Shown: one piece after another, positions 10,003 to 19,173 of the stretch
How the letters are laid out: every line of letters starts with the position of its first letter
How positions within the stretch are numbered: the first letter of the stretch is position 1
From: an uncultured Gammaproteobacteria bacterium
GTDB taxonomy: Bacteria > Patescibacteriota > Patescibacteriia > Magasanikbacterales > GWA2-37-8
DNA length: 64,000 nucleotides
Assembly (NCBI GenBank): GCA_964496095.1
Contig: CAZBWU010000001.1
Span: forward strand, 121,474-185,473
Direction: 5' to 3'
The notes under the pieces: model-generated
What the model was told of the DNA's origin: nothing
Databases searched by the model: none
The model's input: the letters and a program-made list of their open reading frames with translations, nothing else
Made by a program: the position numbers and the translations under genes

Positions 10003-10038
10003 ATTAAGACTTATCTCGTATATCTGGATATTACTAGT

Positions 10039-10752
10039 ATGAAATTTATTCTAGGCAAAAAAATAGGAATGACTCAGGTATTTTTGGCAAACGGTGTCGT
10101 TGTGCCTGTTACTAAAGTGCAAGCAGGTCCTTGCCAAATCGTTGAAGTACGAGAAAATAAAAAAGCTGGCACCAAAGCTGTGCAAATTGGTTTTGAAGAA
10201 ACAAAAGAAAGCCGATTAAGTAAGCCAGAGCTTGGTCATTTGAAAGATTTGGATAAGGTAAGAAATTTAAGAGATTTCAAAGTTGATAATAATGCTGAAG
10301 TAAAAAGAGGTGACGCAATCACAGTTGAAACTTTTACAGTTGGTGACAAGATAAATGTAGTTGGTGAATCCAAAGGTAAAGGTTTTGCCGGTGTAGTTAA
10401 GCGTCATCATTTCCGCGGTGGTCCTGCTTCTCACGGTCATAAAGATAACTTGCGTATGCCTGGTTCTATCGGAGCTGGTGGTGTGCAGAGAGTCTTCAAA
10501 GGCATGAGAATGGGCGGACACATGGGTACTGATCGTGTGACAATTAAAAATCTTGAAATTGTACAAGTTCACCCTGAAACAAATATTTTATATATCAAAG
10601 GCGCAGTTCCGGGCGGAAGAAATGGCTTATTGCTTATTAGTGGTGAAGGCGAGTTGAAATTAAATGTTTCAAATCAAATTGTTCCTGCTCAAGCAGAATT
10701 AGCTGTTGAAGCCGTTGTTGAAAATCAATCAAGTAATGAAGTTCAAGTATAA
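10039..10752 (+). CDS. rplC: 50S ribosomal protein L3
   Basis: GKKIGMTQVF...KGKGFAGVVKRHHF motifs. Confidence 0.95.
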   Translation: MKFILGKKIGMTQVFLANGVVVPVTKVQAGPCQIVEVRENKKAGTKAVQIGFEETKESRLSKPELGHLKDLDKVRNLRDFKVDNNAEVKRGDAITVETFTVGDKINVVGESKGKGFAGVVKRHHFRGGPASHGHKDNLRMPGSIGAGGVQRVFKGMRMGGHMGTDRVTIKNLEIVQVHPETNILYIKGAVPGGRNGLLLISGEGELKLNVSNQIVPAQAELAVEAVVENQSSNEVQV

Positions 10753-10757
10753 TCCAT

Positions 10758-11390
10758 ATGAAGACTAAAGTCTACAATTTAGAAGGTAAAGAAACCGGAG
10801 AAATGAATCTTTCCGAAGAAATTTTTGGAATTAAAATCAAGCCGGAAGTTGTGCATGAAGTTTTTGTAGCTTTAACCAACAACCAAAGAGAACCATGGGC
10901 TGACACCAAAGGTAAAGGTGAAGTTCGTGGTGGTGGTAAGAAACCTTGGCAACAAAAAGGTACTGGTCGCGCTAGACACGGTTCTATTCGTTCTCCAATC
11001 TGGAAGGGCGGCGGTGTCACTTTTGGTCCATTATCTATCCGTAATTATAAAACTAAAATTAATAAAAAAATTAAAAAGTTGGCTACCAAAATGTGTTTGG
11101 CAGATCGCGCTCAAAATAATTCCTTCTTGGTAGTTGAAGATTTTAATTTCTCTGAACCAAAGACAAAATTATTTGTAAAATTTATCGCCGCTTTACCAAA
11201 AAAATTCAAATCATTTTTAGTGCTTACTCCTGGTAAGAATGATAACTTGATCAGAATGACTAGAAATTTGAAATCAATCCAAACTACCAGAATCGAAGAT
11301 GTGAATGTGATGGATTTACTATCAAATACAGCTGTGATTATCAATAAGTCAGGCGTAGAAAAATTAGAAACCGCTTTTAGTAAAATTTAG
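10758..11390 (+). CDS. rplD: 50S ribosomal protein L4
   Basis: KGTGRARHGSIRSPIWKGGGVTFGP motif. Confidence 0.95.
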   Translation: MKTKVYNLEGKETGEMNLSEEIFGIKIKPEVVHEVFVALTNNQREPWADTKGKGEVRGGGKKPWQQKGTGRARHGSIRSPIWKGGGVTFGPLSIRNYKTKINKKIKKLATKMCLADRAQNNSFLVVEDFNFSEPKTKLFVKFIAALPKKFKSFLVLTPGKNDNLIRMTRNLKSIQTTRIEDVNVMDLLSNTAVIINKSGVEKLETAFSKI

Positions 11391-11398
11391 TTTATTAT

Positions 11399-11905
11399 AT
11401 GGGTTTGATTAACAACTGGTTAAACAAGAAAGAAAAAGATCAATTAAAAGATGCAAGTGAGAAAAAAACTCCGAAAGTTTTGGTTGCTAAAGAAAAAGTG
11501 GTTAAAGCCAAAGCAGTTGCAAAACATGTTGGCCACGACCACAGTGAAGAAAAAGTTGTTAAATCAAAAAAAGCAAAAGAAGCAGAACCAGTTAAAAGTA
11601 AATTGAAATTATCAAATCATAGCACTGCTTATAGAGTTTTGGTAAAACCACTTGTTACTGAAAAGAGCGCTATTGCCGAAAGTAAAAATAAATATAGTTT
11701 TGTAGTTAGTCGCAATGCTAACAAGAATCAAGTAAGAGAAGCTGTTTCTGAGATTTATGGAGTAAAGGCAGTTAAAGTAAATATTATAAATACAGACGGA
11801 CGACCAATGCGTTTTGGTAGATCAATGGGAAGACGCAGTGATTATAAAAAAGCAATTGTAACTTTGCCTGTTGGCTCTACAATTGATATTCATGCAGGAG
11901 TTTAA
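11399..11905 (+). CDS. rplW: 50S ribosomal protein L23 with ~68-aa Lys/Ala-rich N-terminal extension (or a separate small K-rich ORF plus L23 starting at TTG 11603)
   Basis: C-terminal 100 aa (YRVLVKPLVTEK...GRSMGRRSDYKKAIVTL) are canonical L23; no internal ATG before the domain. Confidence 0.85.
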   Translation: MGLINNWLNKKEKDQLKDASEKKTPKVLVAKEKVVKAKAVAKHVGHDHSEEKVVKSKKAKEAEPVKSKLKLSNHSTAYRVLVKPLVTEKSAIAESKNKYSFVVSRNANKNQVREAVSEIYGVKAVKVNIINTDGRPMRFGRSMGRRSDYKKAIVTLPVGSTIDIHAGV

Positions 11906-11913
11906 TATTATTT

Positions 11914-12759
11914 ATGCCAATTAAGATTTATAAACCAACCAGTGACGGCAGAAGACATTCAAGTGTTGATACTTTTTCTGATATTACAAAAAATAAACCG
12001 GAGAAATCTTTAATTGTTCGTTTGAAATCTCATTCCGGTCGCAACAACCAAGGTGTTATTACCGTTAGACACCAAGGTGGAGGTGTTAAACAATTTTATC
12101 GTTTAGTTGATTTTAAATTACAAAAATTTGATATCGAAGCTACTGTTTCCTCTATCGAGTATGATCCAAATCGTGGTCCTCGTATTGCTTTGGTGCAATA
12201 TACTGATGGTGTGAAGGCTTATGTTTTGGCTCCGGAAGGACTCAAAGTTGGAGACAAGATTATTTCATCCAAAAATGCAATTGAAGCTAAGCTTGGCGCT
12301 CGCATGCCTCTTGGATTTATTCCAGTCGGTATGTTTGTCCACAATTTAGAGCTTACTCCAGGCAAGGGCGGACAATTGGTTCGTGGTGCTGGTCTAGGCG
12401 CTCAAATTTTGGGAGTAGAAGATGATTATGTTTTGGTAAAATTGCCATCTGGAGAAGTAAGAAAAGTTTTGAAAGAATGTACTGCTTCAGTAGGAACTAT
12501 GGGAAATGCAGATTACGCTTTGATTCGTTGGGGTAAAGCCGGAAGAAACCGAATGCGAGGTATTCGTCCTCGTGTAAACGGTAAGAATATGAACCCTGTT
12601 GATCACCCACACGGTGGTGGTGAGGGCCATAACCCAATCGGTCAAAAGAGAGGTCCACAAACTGTCTACGGTAAGCCTGCTAGAGGTGTTAAGACTCGTA
12701 AGCCTAGCAAGTGGAGTGATAAATTTGTGGTTAAGTCTCGCAAGGTAAAATCTAAATAA
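11914..12759 (+). CDS. rplB: 50S ribosomal protein L2
   Basis: GRNNQGVITVRHQGGG...HPHGGGEG motifs. Confidence 0.97.
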   Translation: MPIKIYKPTSDGRRHSSVDTFSDITKNKPEKSLIVRLKSHSGRNNQGVITVRHQGGGVKQFYRLVDFKLQKFDIEATVSSIEYDPNRGPRIALVQYTDGVKAYVLAPEGLKVGDKIISSKNAIEAKLGARMPLGFIPVGMFVHNLELTPGKGGQLVRGAGLGAQILGVEDDYVLVKLPSGEVRKVLKECTASVGTMGNADYALIRWGKAGRNRMRGIRPRVNGKNMNPVDHPHGGGEGHNPIGQKRGPQTVYGKPARGVKTRKPSKWSDKFVVKSRKVKSK

Positions 12760-12793
12760 TCCCAAATAAAAAAATAATAAGTTAATCATAAAT

Positions 12794-13138
12794 ATGTCTA
12801 GAAGTTTAAAAAAAGGTCCTTACGTTGATCCTAGAGTTCTAAGCAAAGTTTTGAAAATGAAAGCTAGTGGCAAAAGAATGCCAATCAAAACTTGGTCAAG
12901 AGCTTGTGTTATTTCTCCGGAAATGGTTGCAACAACCTTTTTAGTGCACAACGGTAAAGATTTTTTGACTGTTTTGATTGATGAAAATATGGTAGGTCAT
13001 CGTTTGGGTGAATTTGCGCCAACCAAGAAGTTTATTCGTCATGGTGGTAAGATGGCTAAAGATCAAGAAGGATCAGCTGCCGCTACTGCCGCTGCCGGTG
13101 CAAAACCTGCTCCAGCCGCTGCCGCAAAAAAGAAATAG
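12794..13138 (+). CDS. rpsS: 30S ribosomal protein S19 with ~22-aa Ala-rich C-terminal tail
   Basis: SLKKGPYVD...HNGK...[12 protein letters not shown] core; tail [20 protein letters not shown]. Confidence 0.95.
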   Translation: MSRSLKKGPYVDPRVLSKVLKMKASGKRMPIKTWSRACVISPEMVATTFLVHNGKDFLTVLIDENMVGHRLGEFAPTKKFIRHGGKMAKDQEGSAAATAAAGAKPAPAAAAKKK

Positions 13139-13171
13139 ATTTTAAAGAATAAAGCATAGTGATACATTAAT

Positions 13172-13543
13172 ATGACAGAAGTAACAGCAAAATTGAGATT
13201 TCTAAGAATGGGGCCACGCAAGGTTAGACTTGTGGTAGATATGATTCGCGGAAAAAAAGTTACAAGAGCCCTAGATATTTTATCAGTTTTGCCAAAAAGA
13301 GCAGCTTTACCAATTTTAAAATTACTAAATTCTGCAATTGCCAATGCTAAACACAATCATTCCTTGGCAGTTGAAGATTTAAAAGTGGCTCAGATTTATG
13401 TAGATGGCGGACCGGTACTGAAAAGATCCATGCCCAAAGCTCATGGCCGCGCTACCCCAATCCGAGAAAGAACGAGTCATATCAATTTAGTGTTAACAAA
13501 GTTTGAAACAAAAGCAAAGGCGGAAAAAAAGGAAACTAAATAA
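13172..13543 (+). CDS. rplV: 50S ribosomal protein L22
   Basis: Position in operon; RMGPRKVRLVVDMIRG motif. Confidence 0.93.
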   Translation: MTEVTAKLRFLRMGPRKVRLVVDMIRGKKVTRALDILSVLPKRAALPILKLLNSAIANAKHNHSLAVEDLKVAQIYVDGGPVLKRSMPKAHGRATPIRERTSHINLVLTKFETKAKAEKKETK

Positions 13544-13573
13544 TAATTTAATTACTGCTCACTCATTTCGAAT

Positions 13574-14269
13574 ATGGGACATAAAGTACATCCGAAAATT
13601 CACAGAATACCAACTATTTATACTTGGGATTCAAAATGGTTTGCAAAGAACAAGCAGATGCCTTTGTTTTTAGAACAAGAAACCGCTATTAGAAAATTGT
13701 TAACCAAAAAATTGAAAGATTCTTTACTTGATGGTATTAGTATTGAGAGAACTCCAAAGGATCTAACAGTTTATATTCTTTCTGCAAAACCAGGTACTAT
13801 TATCGGCCGAGGCGGACAAGGTTTGGAAGGTTTATGCAGACAAATTGAAAAAGAAATTTTACAACAAAAATTAAAAGTTAAAATTAATGTTTTAGAAGTA
13901 CGCCAACCATCTTTGTCAGCTCAGATTATGGCGCAAAATGCAGCGACCGATATTGAAAAACGTTTTCCTTTCCGCAGAGTTATGAAACAATTGATTGAAA
14001 GAGTAATGACTGCTGGCGGACAGGGTGTTAAGATTTGTATGAGTGGACGCTTAAATGGCGTAGAAATTGCTAGAACTGAAAAACTAAGCGCTGGTAAAAT
14101 GTCACTTATTACTGTTCGTAGTGATGTTGACTATGCTTTGGCTGAAGCTCAAACTTTATATGGAAAAATTGGTATTAAGGTTTGGATTTATAAAGGTGAA
14201 GCATTTAGTCGTCGAGATAAATTTGCTAAAAAAGACGATGAGCCAAAGGTAGAAGGGAAAAGAAAATAA
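13574..14269 (+). CDS. rpsC: 30S ribosomal protein S3
   Basis: MGHKVHPKIHR... KH and S3-C domains; conserved CTCACTCATTTCGAATATG motif at the start. Confidence 0.96.
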   Translation: MGHKVHPKIHRIPTIYTWDSKWFAKNKQMPLFLEQETAIRKLLTKKLKDSLLDGISIERTPKDLTVYILSAKPGTIIGRGGQGLEGLCRQIEKEILQQKLKVKINVLEVRQPSLSAQIMAQNAATDIEKRFPFRRVMKQLIERVMTAGGQGVKICMSGRLNGVEIARTEKLSAGKMSLITVRSDVDYALAEAQTLYGKIGIKVWIYKGEAFSRRDKFAKKDDEPKVEGKRK

Positions 14270-14278
14270 TTTGAGTCT

Positions 14279-14692
14279 ATGTTATTACCAAAAAAAGTAT
14301 TACACAGAAAATGGCACAAGGGCCGACGTAGAAATTTGGGTGTAGCTACCCGTACTAATTTTGTAGCCTTTGGTGAATATGGTATTAAAAGTTTAGAACA
14401 CGGCTGGATAAATAGCAGACAAATTGAAGCTATCCGTCGTGTGCTTACTCGCTATGTGAAAAAAGGTGGAAAGATTTGGATTAGAGTTTTTCCAGACAAG
14501 CCAATTACTAAAAAAGGTAATGAAACCCCGATGGGTGGAGGTAAAGGTGCTCCAGATCACTATGTTGCTGTTGTAAAGCCTGGAACTGTTATGTTTGAAA
14601 TGGGTGGCGTGTTAGAGAAAGACGCTAAAGAAGCTATTGAGTTAGCCTCATATAAAATCAGTGTTAAAACTAAATTTGTCACTAAACACTAA
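14279..14692 (+). CDS. rplP: 50S ribosomal protein L16
   Basis: [19 protein letters not shown]...[14 protein letters not shown]. Confidence 0.96.
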   Translation: MLLPKKVLHRKWHKGRRRNLGVATRTNFVAFGEYGIKSLEHGWINSRQIEAIRRVLTRYVKKGGKIWIRVFPDKPITKKGNETPMGGGKGAPDHYVAVVKPGTVMFEMGGVLEKDAKEAIELASYKISVKTKFVTKH

Positions 14693-14695
14693 GAT

Positions 14696-14890
14696 ATGTC
14701 ATGGGAAGATTTAAAAAATAAAAATGAAAAAGAGCTGGCTGAATTGTTGTCTGAAAACAGAAACGAATTAAGAAGTTTAGAGTTTCAGGCTCATAGTCGC
14801 CAATTAAAACAAGTTAATAAAATTAACTTAGTTAAAAAAACCATCGCTCGTATCAGTATGTTGCTGGCCGGTTTTTCTAAAAAGAAATAA
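14696..14890 (+). CDS. rpmC: 50S ribosomal protein L29
   Basis: Size and position; ELRSLEFQ coiled-coil. Confidence 0.85.
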   Translation: MSWEDLKNKNEKELAELLSENRNELRSLEFQAHSRQLKQVNKINLVKKTIARISMLLAGFSKKK

Positions 14891-14895
14891 TTTAT

Positions 14896-15156
14896 ATGAC
14901 AGAGAAACAAACACAATTAGCCAATACCAGAAAATTTGAAGGTGAAGTCGTGTCCACAGCCATGAACAAAACTATTATAGTTAGAGTTGATGCAATGGTT
15001 TTAAATACAAAATATAATAAAAACTATAAAGTAAGTAGAAGATACGCTGTGCATGATGAAAAAGCGATTGCTAAAAAAGGCGACAGAGTCCAAATCGTGG
15101 AATGCAGACCTATTTCAAAAACAAAAAAATGGAGATTGTTAGAAGTTTTAAAGTAA
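14896..15156 (+). CDS. rpsQ: 30S ribosomal protein S17
   Basis: GEVVSTAMNKTIIVRVD...YAVHDE OB fold. Confidence 0.93.
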   Translation: MTEKQTQLANTRKFEGEVVSTAMNKTIIVRVDAMVLNTKYNKNYKVSRRYAVHDEKAIAKKGDRVQIVECRPISKTKKWRLLEVLK

Positions 15157-15179
15157 TATAAAGTTGAAAGAAGAAGTAT

Positions 15180-15551
15180 ATGATACAACATCGCACAATG
15201 CTAAAAGTAGCCGATAACAGTGGAGCAAAAAAATTGCAATGCATCCGTGTTTTGGGTGGCTATAAAAAAAGATATGGCATCATTGGCGATATCGTGACTT
15301 GTTCTGTCAAAGAAGCTGCTCCGCATGGTTTGGTAAAAAAAGGTGAAGTAGTCCATATTGTAATTGCTAGACAAAGACAAGCTACTCGCCGAGCAGATGG
15401 AACTTATATTCGTTTTGATGATAATGCTGGTATTATTATAGATCGCAAGAGTAAAGAACCAAAAGGAACTCGTATTTTGGGTCCGGTAGCCAGAGAATTA
15501 CGCAGTAAAGGTTTTCAAAAAATTATTTCCTTAGCTCCGGAAGTTTTATAA
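15180..15551 (+). CDS. rplN: 50S ribosomal protein L14
   Basis: [17 protein letters not shown]... Confidence 0.97.
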   Translation: MIQHRTMLKVADNSGAKKLQCIRVLGGYKKRYGIIGDIVTCSVKEAAPHGLVKKGEVVHIVIARQRQATRRADGTYIRFDDNAGIIIDRKSKEPKGTRILGPVARELRSKGFQKIISLAPEVL

Positions 15552-15563
15552 TAAGTATTTGTT

Positions 15564-15872
15564 ATGAAAATAAAAACAAACGACAATGTTAAAGTGATGA
15601 GCGGAAAAGATGCTGGCAAAACCGGTAAAGTTATTCAGGTTTTTCCAAAAGAAGAAAGAGCAGTTGTTGAGGGGGTTCACACCATGAAGAAAAAAATGAA
15701 GGCCAATAAGAGTGGAGAAAAAGGACAGATGATTGAATTATCAGCTCCTTTACACATGAGTAAGTTGATGTTGGTTTGTCCAAAATGCAGTAAAGAAACC
15801 AGAGTTGGTTATAAGGTAGAAGCTGGAGATAAGAAAAGAATTTGTCGCAAATGCAAAGAATTAATTGACTAA
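15564..15872 (+). CDS. rplX: 50S ribosomal protein L24 with C-terminal C4 zinc-ribbon (CPKC...CRKC)
   Basis: KOW domain KVMSGKDAGKTGKV; C-terminal CxxC-x17-CxxC. Confidence 0.9.
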   Translation: MKIKTNDNVKVMSGKDAGKTGKVIQVFPKEERAVVEGVHTMKKKMKANKSGEKGQMIELSAPLHMSKLMLVCPKCSKETRVGYKVEAGDKKRICRKCKELID

Positions 15873-16422
15873 CCAAAATATGAAAGTAAATTTATACGAA
15901 AAATATAAAAAAGAAATTGTACCTGCAATGCAGAAAGAGTTTGGTTTTAAGAATGTGATGCAAGTGCCAAAACTTAAAAAATTAGTTCTTAATGCTGGTA
16001 TTGGTCGTTTTGTAAAAGAACCTCGTTTTATTGAAAATGTGGAAGCGACTTTAAGTAAGATTTCTGGTCAAAAACCAATCCGCACTAAAGCCAAGAAATC
16101 TATTTCTAACTTTAAAACACGTGAAGGTATGGAAATTGGTGTGGCTGTCACATTGCGCGGTGTTAAGATGTATCAATTTTTAGAAAAATTAGTTTCCATT
16201 ACTTTGCCTCGTGTTCGCGACTTCCGCGGATTATCTGAAAAGAGTTTTGATAAGAACGGAAATTACACAATCGGTTTTAAAGAAAATTTAGCTTTTCCTG
16301 AAATTAAAGCTGATGAAATTGAAAAGATTCACGGTTTGCAAATTATTATCAATACTAATGTAAAAAACAAAGCAGAAGGTAAAGCCCTGTTAACTCACCT
16401 GGGATTGCCCTTTGTAAAATAA
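15865..16422 (+). CDS. rplE: 50S ribosomal protein L5
   Basis: Order and size; GMEIGVAVTLRG motif. Confidence 0.95.
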   Translation: MTNQNMKVNLYEKYKKEIVPAMQKEFGFKNVMQVPKLKKLVLNAGIGRFVKEPRFIENVEATLSKISGQKPIRTKAKKSISNFKTREGMEIGVAVTLRGVKMYQFLEKLVSITLPRVRDFRGLSEKSFDKNGNYTIGFKENLAFPEIKADEIEKIHGLQIIINTNVKNKAEGKALLTHLGLPFVK

Positions 16423-16428
16423 TTAAAT

Positions 16429-16614
16429 ATGGCAACACAATCACAAATTGCAAAATCAAACAGAAAACCAAAATTTTCCACCAGAATCGTAAGACGTTGT
16501 TGGAAATGCGGAAGAAATCGTAGTTTTATGGGTGCGTTTGGTTTGTGCAGAATTTGTTTTCGTGAATTGGCAAACCAGGGCAAGATCTCCGGTGTGCGCA
16601 AGTCAAGTTGGTAA
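16429..16614 (+). CDS. rpsZ: 30S ribosomal protein S14 type Z (zinc-binding)
   Basis: 61 aa; CWKCGR...CRIC. Confidence 0.95.
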   Translation: MATQSQIAKSNRKPKFSTRIVRRCWKCGRNRSFMGAFGLCRICFRELANQGKISGVRKSSW

Positions 16615-16678
16615 ATATTTATTAAAACATTTAATTTTAAATAATAAAAATCTACAAAGTTAATAAGAAATATATATG

Positions 16679-17065
16679 ATGACGGATCCTATCGCTGATA
16701 TGTTAACCCGCATACGCAATGCCTCTCTAGTTAATAAAAAAGAGGTAGTTTTGCCATACTCCAAAATCAAGCTTGCTATTGCTAATATTTTGGTTAAAGA
16801 GGGTTATCTAAAAAAAGCAGAGGAAAAGAAAGATGTGCATCCTTATATTTTGTTGACCTTACAATATAATAATGGCGCTCCAGCGGTCAATTTTATCAAA
16901 AGAGTAAGTAAGCCAGGACACCGCAGGTATGTAAAGAAAGATGATATTGAAAAAGTATTGAGCGGTTTCGGGGTTGCAATTTTATCTACTCCAAAAGGTT
17001 TGCTTACCAACAGTGAAGCCAGACAAGAGCAAGTTGGCGGAGAATTGATTTGTGAAATATACTAA
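16679..17065 (+). CDS. rpsH: 30S ribosomal protein S8
   Basis: DPIADMLTRIRNA motif; ATG at 16676 is an alternative start. Confidence 0.96.
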   Translation: MTDPIADMLTRIRNASLVNKKEVVLPYSKIKLAIANILVKEGYLKKAEEKKDVHPYILLTLQYNNGAPAVNFIKRVSKPGHRRYVKKDDIEKVLSGFGVAILSTPKGLLTNSEARQEQVGGELICEIY

Positions 17066-17119
17066 TTAAAAGCGCCGCGTCTCAAATGACGTTACGCGGC
17101 ATGATTTCGTTAAACCAAT

Positions 17120-17665
17120 ATGTCCAGAATAGGTAAACAAAAAATTTCCTTGCCAAACGGCGTCACAGCTGGAATTGAAAAAAACCAGATTTTTGTGAAA
17201 GGTCCAAAAGGCGAATTGCGTCAAGCTGTTCACCCTCGTGTTATTGTGGCTGTAGATGGGAATGAAGTTTCTGTTTCAGTAGTAGATGAAAACAACAAAC
17301 AAGACCGTTCGTTGTGGGGAACTTTTTCTAGCCTAGTCCAGAATATGGTAGAAGGAGTAACTAGTGGATTTAAAAAACAACTTGAAATTAATGGTGTGGG
17401 CTATAAAGTAGCTATGAAAGGCGCTAACTTGGCTCTTGAAGTCGGGTTTTCTCACCCAGTAGAAATCAAACCATTACCAGGATTAAAATTTTCCGTAGAA
17501 AAAAACATGATTACAATTGAAGGATCTGATAAACAAATGGTTGGTGAGATGTCAGCTCAGATTAGAAAGATCAAGAAACCAGAACCATATAAGGGTAAAG
17601 GTATTAAATATTCAACTGAAACTATTCGTCGCAAGGCTGGTAAGACAGCTGCTAAAGGCGCTTAA
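17120..17665 (+). CDS. rplF: 50S ribosomal protein L6
   Basis: MSRIGKQKISLPNGV... Confidence 0.95.
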   Translation: MSRIGKQKISLPNGVTAGIEKNQIFVKGPKGELRQAVHPRVIVAVDGNEVSVSVVDENNKQDRSLWGTFSSLVQNMVEGVTSGFKKQLEINGVGYKVAMKGANLALEVGFSHPVEIKPLPGLKFSVEKNMITIEGSDKQMVGEMSAQIRKIKKPEPYKGKGIKYSTETIRRKAGKTAAKGA

Positions 17666-17691
17666 GTAGATTAATTAAAAAACAAACTAGT

Positions 17692-18066
17692 ATGAAGCGA
17701 TTATTTATTAAAAACAAAAGCAAACTACGCGAAATTCGCCATCTCAGAGTGCGTAAGGGTATTAGTGGTATTGCGTCTGAGCCACGTCTTTCTGTTTTTC
17801 GTAGTAATCGAGGCATGACTGTTCAGCTTATTGATGATACAGCTGGAAAAACACTGTGCTATGCAGATGCTAAGGAAGTAAAAGAAAAATCAAGTAAAGA
17901 CAGATCAGGAAAAGTAGCTATTAGCTTTAATTTGGGAAAAATTTTAGCAGAAAAAGCAAAAGCTAAAGGTGTTAGTAAGGCCAGATTTGATAGAGGTGGT
18001 TATAAGTACCATGGCCGCGTGCAAGCTTTGGCTGACGGAGCCAGAGAAGGTGGATTAATTTTCTAA
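17692..18066 (+). CDS. rplR: 50S ribosomal protein L18
   Basis: RLSVFRSNRGMTVQLIDD motif. Confidence 0.93.
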   Translation: MKRLFIKNKSKLREIRHLRVRKGISGIASEPRLSVFRSNRGMTVQLIDDTAGKTLCYADAKEVKEKSSKDRSGKVAISFNLGKILAEKAKAKGVSKARFDRGGYKYHGRVQALADGAREGGLIF

Positions 18067-18087
18067 CAAGATAAATAAGCTAAAAAT

Positions 18088-18579
18088 ATGAGCAAACCAA
18101 TGGGTAGAAAAGGCGATAGACAGAAAGAAAAACCTGAATTTGATCAGTATATTTTAGATTTGGCCAGAGTAACTCGTGTTACCAAAGGTGGTAAGCATAT
18201 GAGTTTTCGCGCTGGTGTTATTTTGGGTGATCGCCACGGTAAAGTTGGTTTTGGTTTAGCTAAAGGAAAAGACGTTCAGCTCGGCGTAGACAAAGCCATG
18301 CATCAAGCTAAGAAAAATATGATTGTGGTACCGATTGTTAATGAAACTATTCCTCACGCTGTTGTTTGTAAATTTAAAGCGGCAACTGTATTTTTAAAAC
18401 CAGCTCCAAAAGGTTCTGGAATTATTGCTGGTGGCGCTACTCGCGCGATGCTTGAACTTGCCGGTATTCCGAATGTATCTTCCAAGATTTTAGGTAAAAC
18501 AAAAAATAAAGTGACTATCGTTAAGGCGACCTTTAATGCTTTGCAGATGTTTAAAAAAACCACACCTAAAGAAATTTAA
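18088..18579 (+). CDS. rpsE: 30S ribosomal protein S5
   Basis: RVTRVTKGGKHMSFRAGVILGD motif. Confidence 0.96.
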   Translation: MSKPMGRKGDRQKEKPEFDQYILDLARVTRVTKGGKHMSFRAGVILGDRHGKVGFGLAKGKDVQLGVDKAMHQAKKNMIVVPIVNETIPHAVVCKFKAATVFLKPAPKGSGIIAGGATRAMLELAGIPNVSSKILGKTKNKVTIVKATFNALQMFKKTTPKEI

Positions 18580-18590
18580 AACCCGAAATT

Positions 18591-19040
18591 ATGTCTTTAC
18601 ACATTCATACAATTGGACCTGCTAAAGGAGCAAAATCTGCCAGAAAATTACTTGGTAGAGGTAGTGCTTCCGGACGTGGTACAACCGCTGGCCGTGGTGG
18701 AAAAGGACAAACTGCCAGATCTGGTGGTAGTCATGGCACTGTGCGCCGTGGTTTTAAGTTTCAATTACAATCAACTCCAAAACTTCGTGGTTTCAATAGT
18801 TTCCGAAACAAACCAGCTGAAGTGTATTTGTCTGATTTAGAAAATAAATTTGCCGAAGGTGAAGTTGTAAATATTGCTTCTTTGAAAGAAAAAGATCTGA
18901 TTAATACTCAAGTCAAAACTGCTAAGGTTTTGTCTACTGGAGAAATCACCAAAAAATTAGTTATAGAAGGCCTCTTATTCACTAAAGCTGCAGCTGAGAA
19001 AATTAAAGCTGTTGGCGGTGAAATTCACCCTGTTAAATAA
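18591..19040 (+). CDS. rplO: 50S ribosomal protein L15 (no rpmD/L30 between S5 and L15)
   Basis: GRGSASGRGTTAGRGGKGQ motif. Confidence 0.95.
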   Translation: MSLHIHTIGPAKGAKSARKLLGRGSASGRGTTAGRGGKGQTARSGGSHGTVRRGFKFQLQSTPKLRGFNSFRNKPAEVYLSDLENKFAEGEVVNIASLKEKDLINTQVKTAKVLSTGEITKKLVIEGLLFTKAAAEKIKAVGGEIHPVK

Positions 19041-19127
19041 TTTCAAATTCCATAATATTTTGTTATACTTAATGTATTAAGAATAGGTAGGTAAAAGAAA
19101 TTACACGGGGTTTATTAATAATTTGAA

Positions 19128-19160
19128 ATTAAGATTTAAGCGTACCGCTTAAATCTTATT
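19128..19160 (+). promoter_or_regulatory. Perfect 14-bp hairpin TTAAGATTTAAGCG-tac-CGCTTAAATCTTAT immediately upstream of the secY start; extended -10 TGTTATACT at 19063-19071
   Basis: Inverted repeat read directly, 13 nt before ATG. Confidence 0.45.
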
Positions 19161-19173
19161 TAACAGGGTAAAT

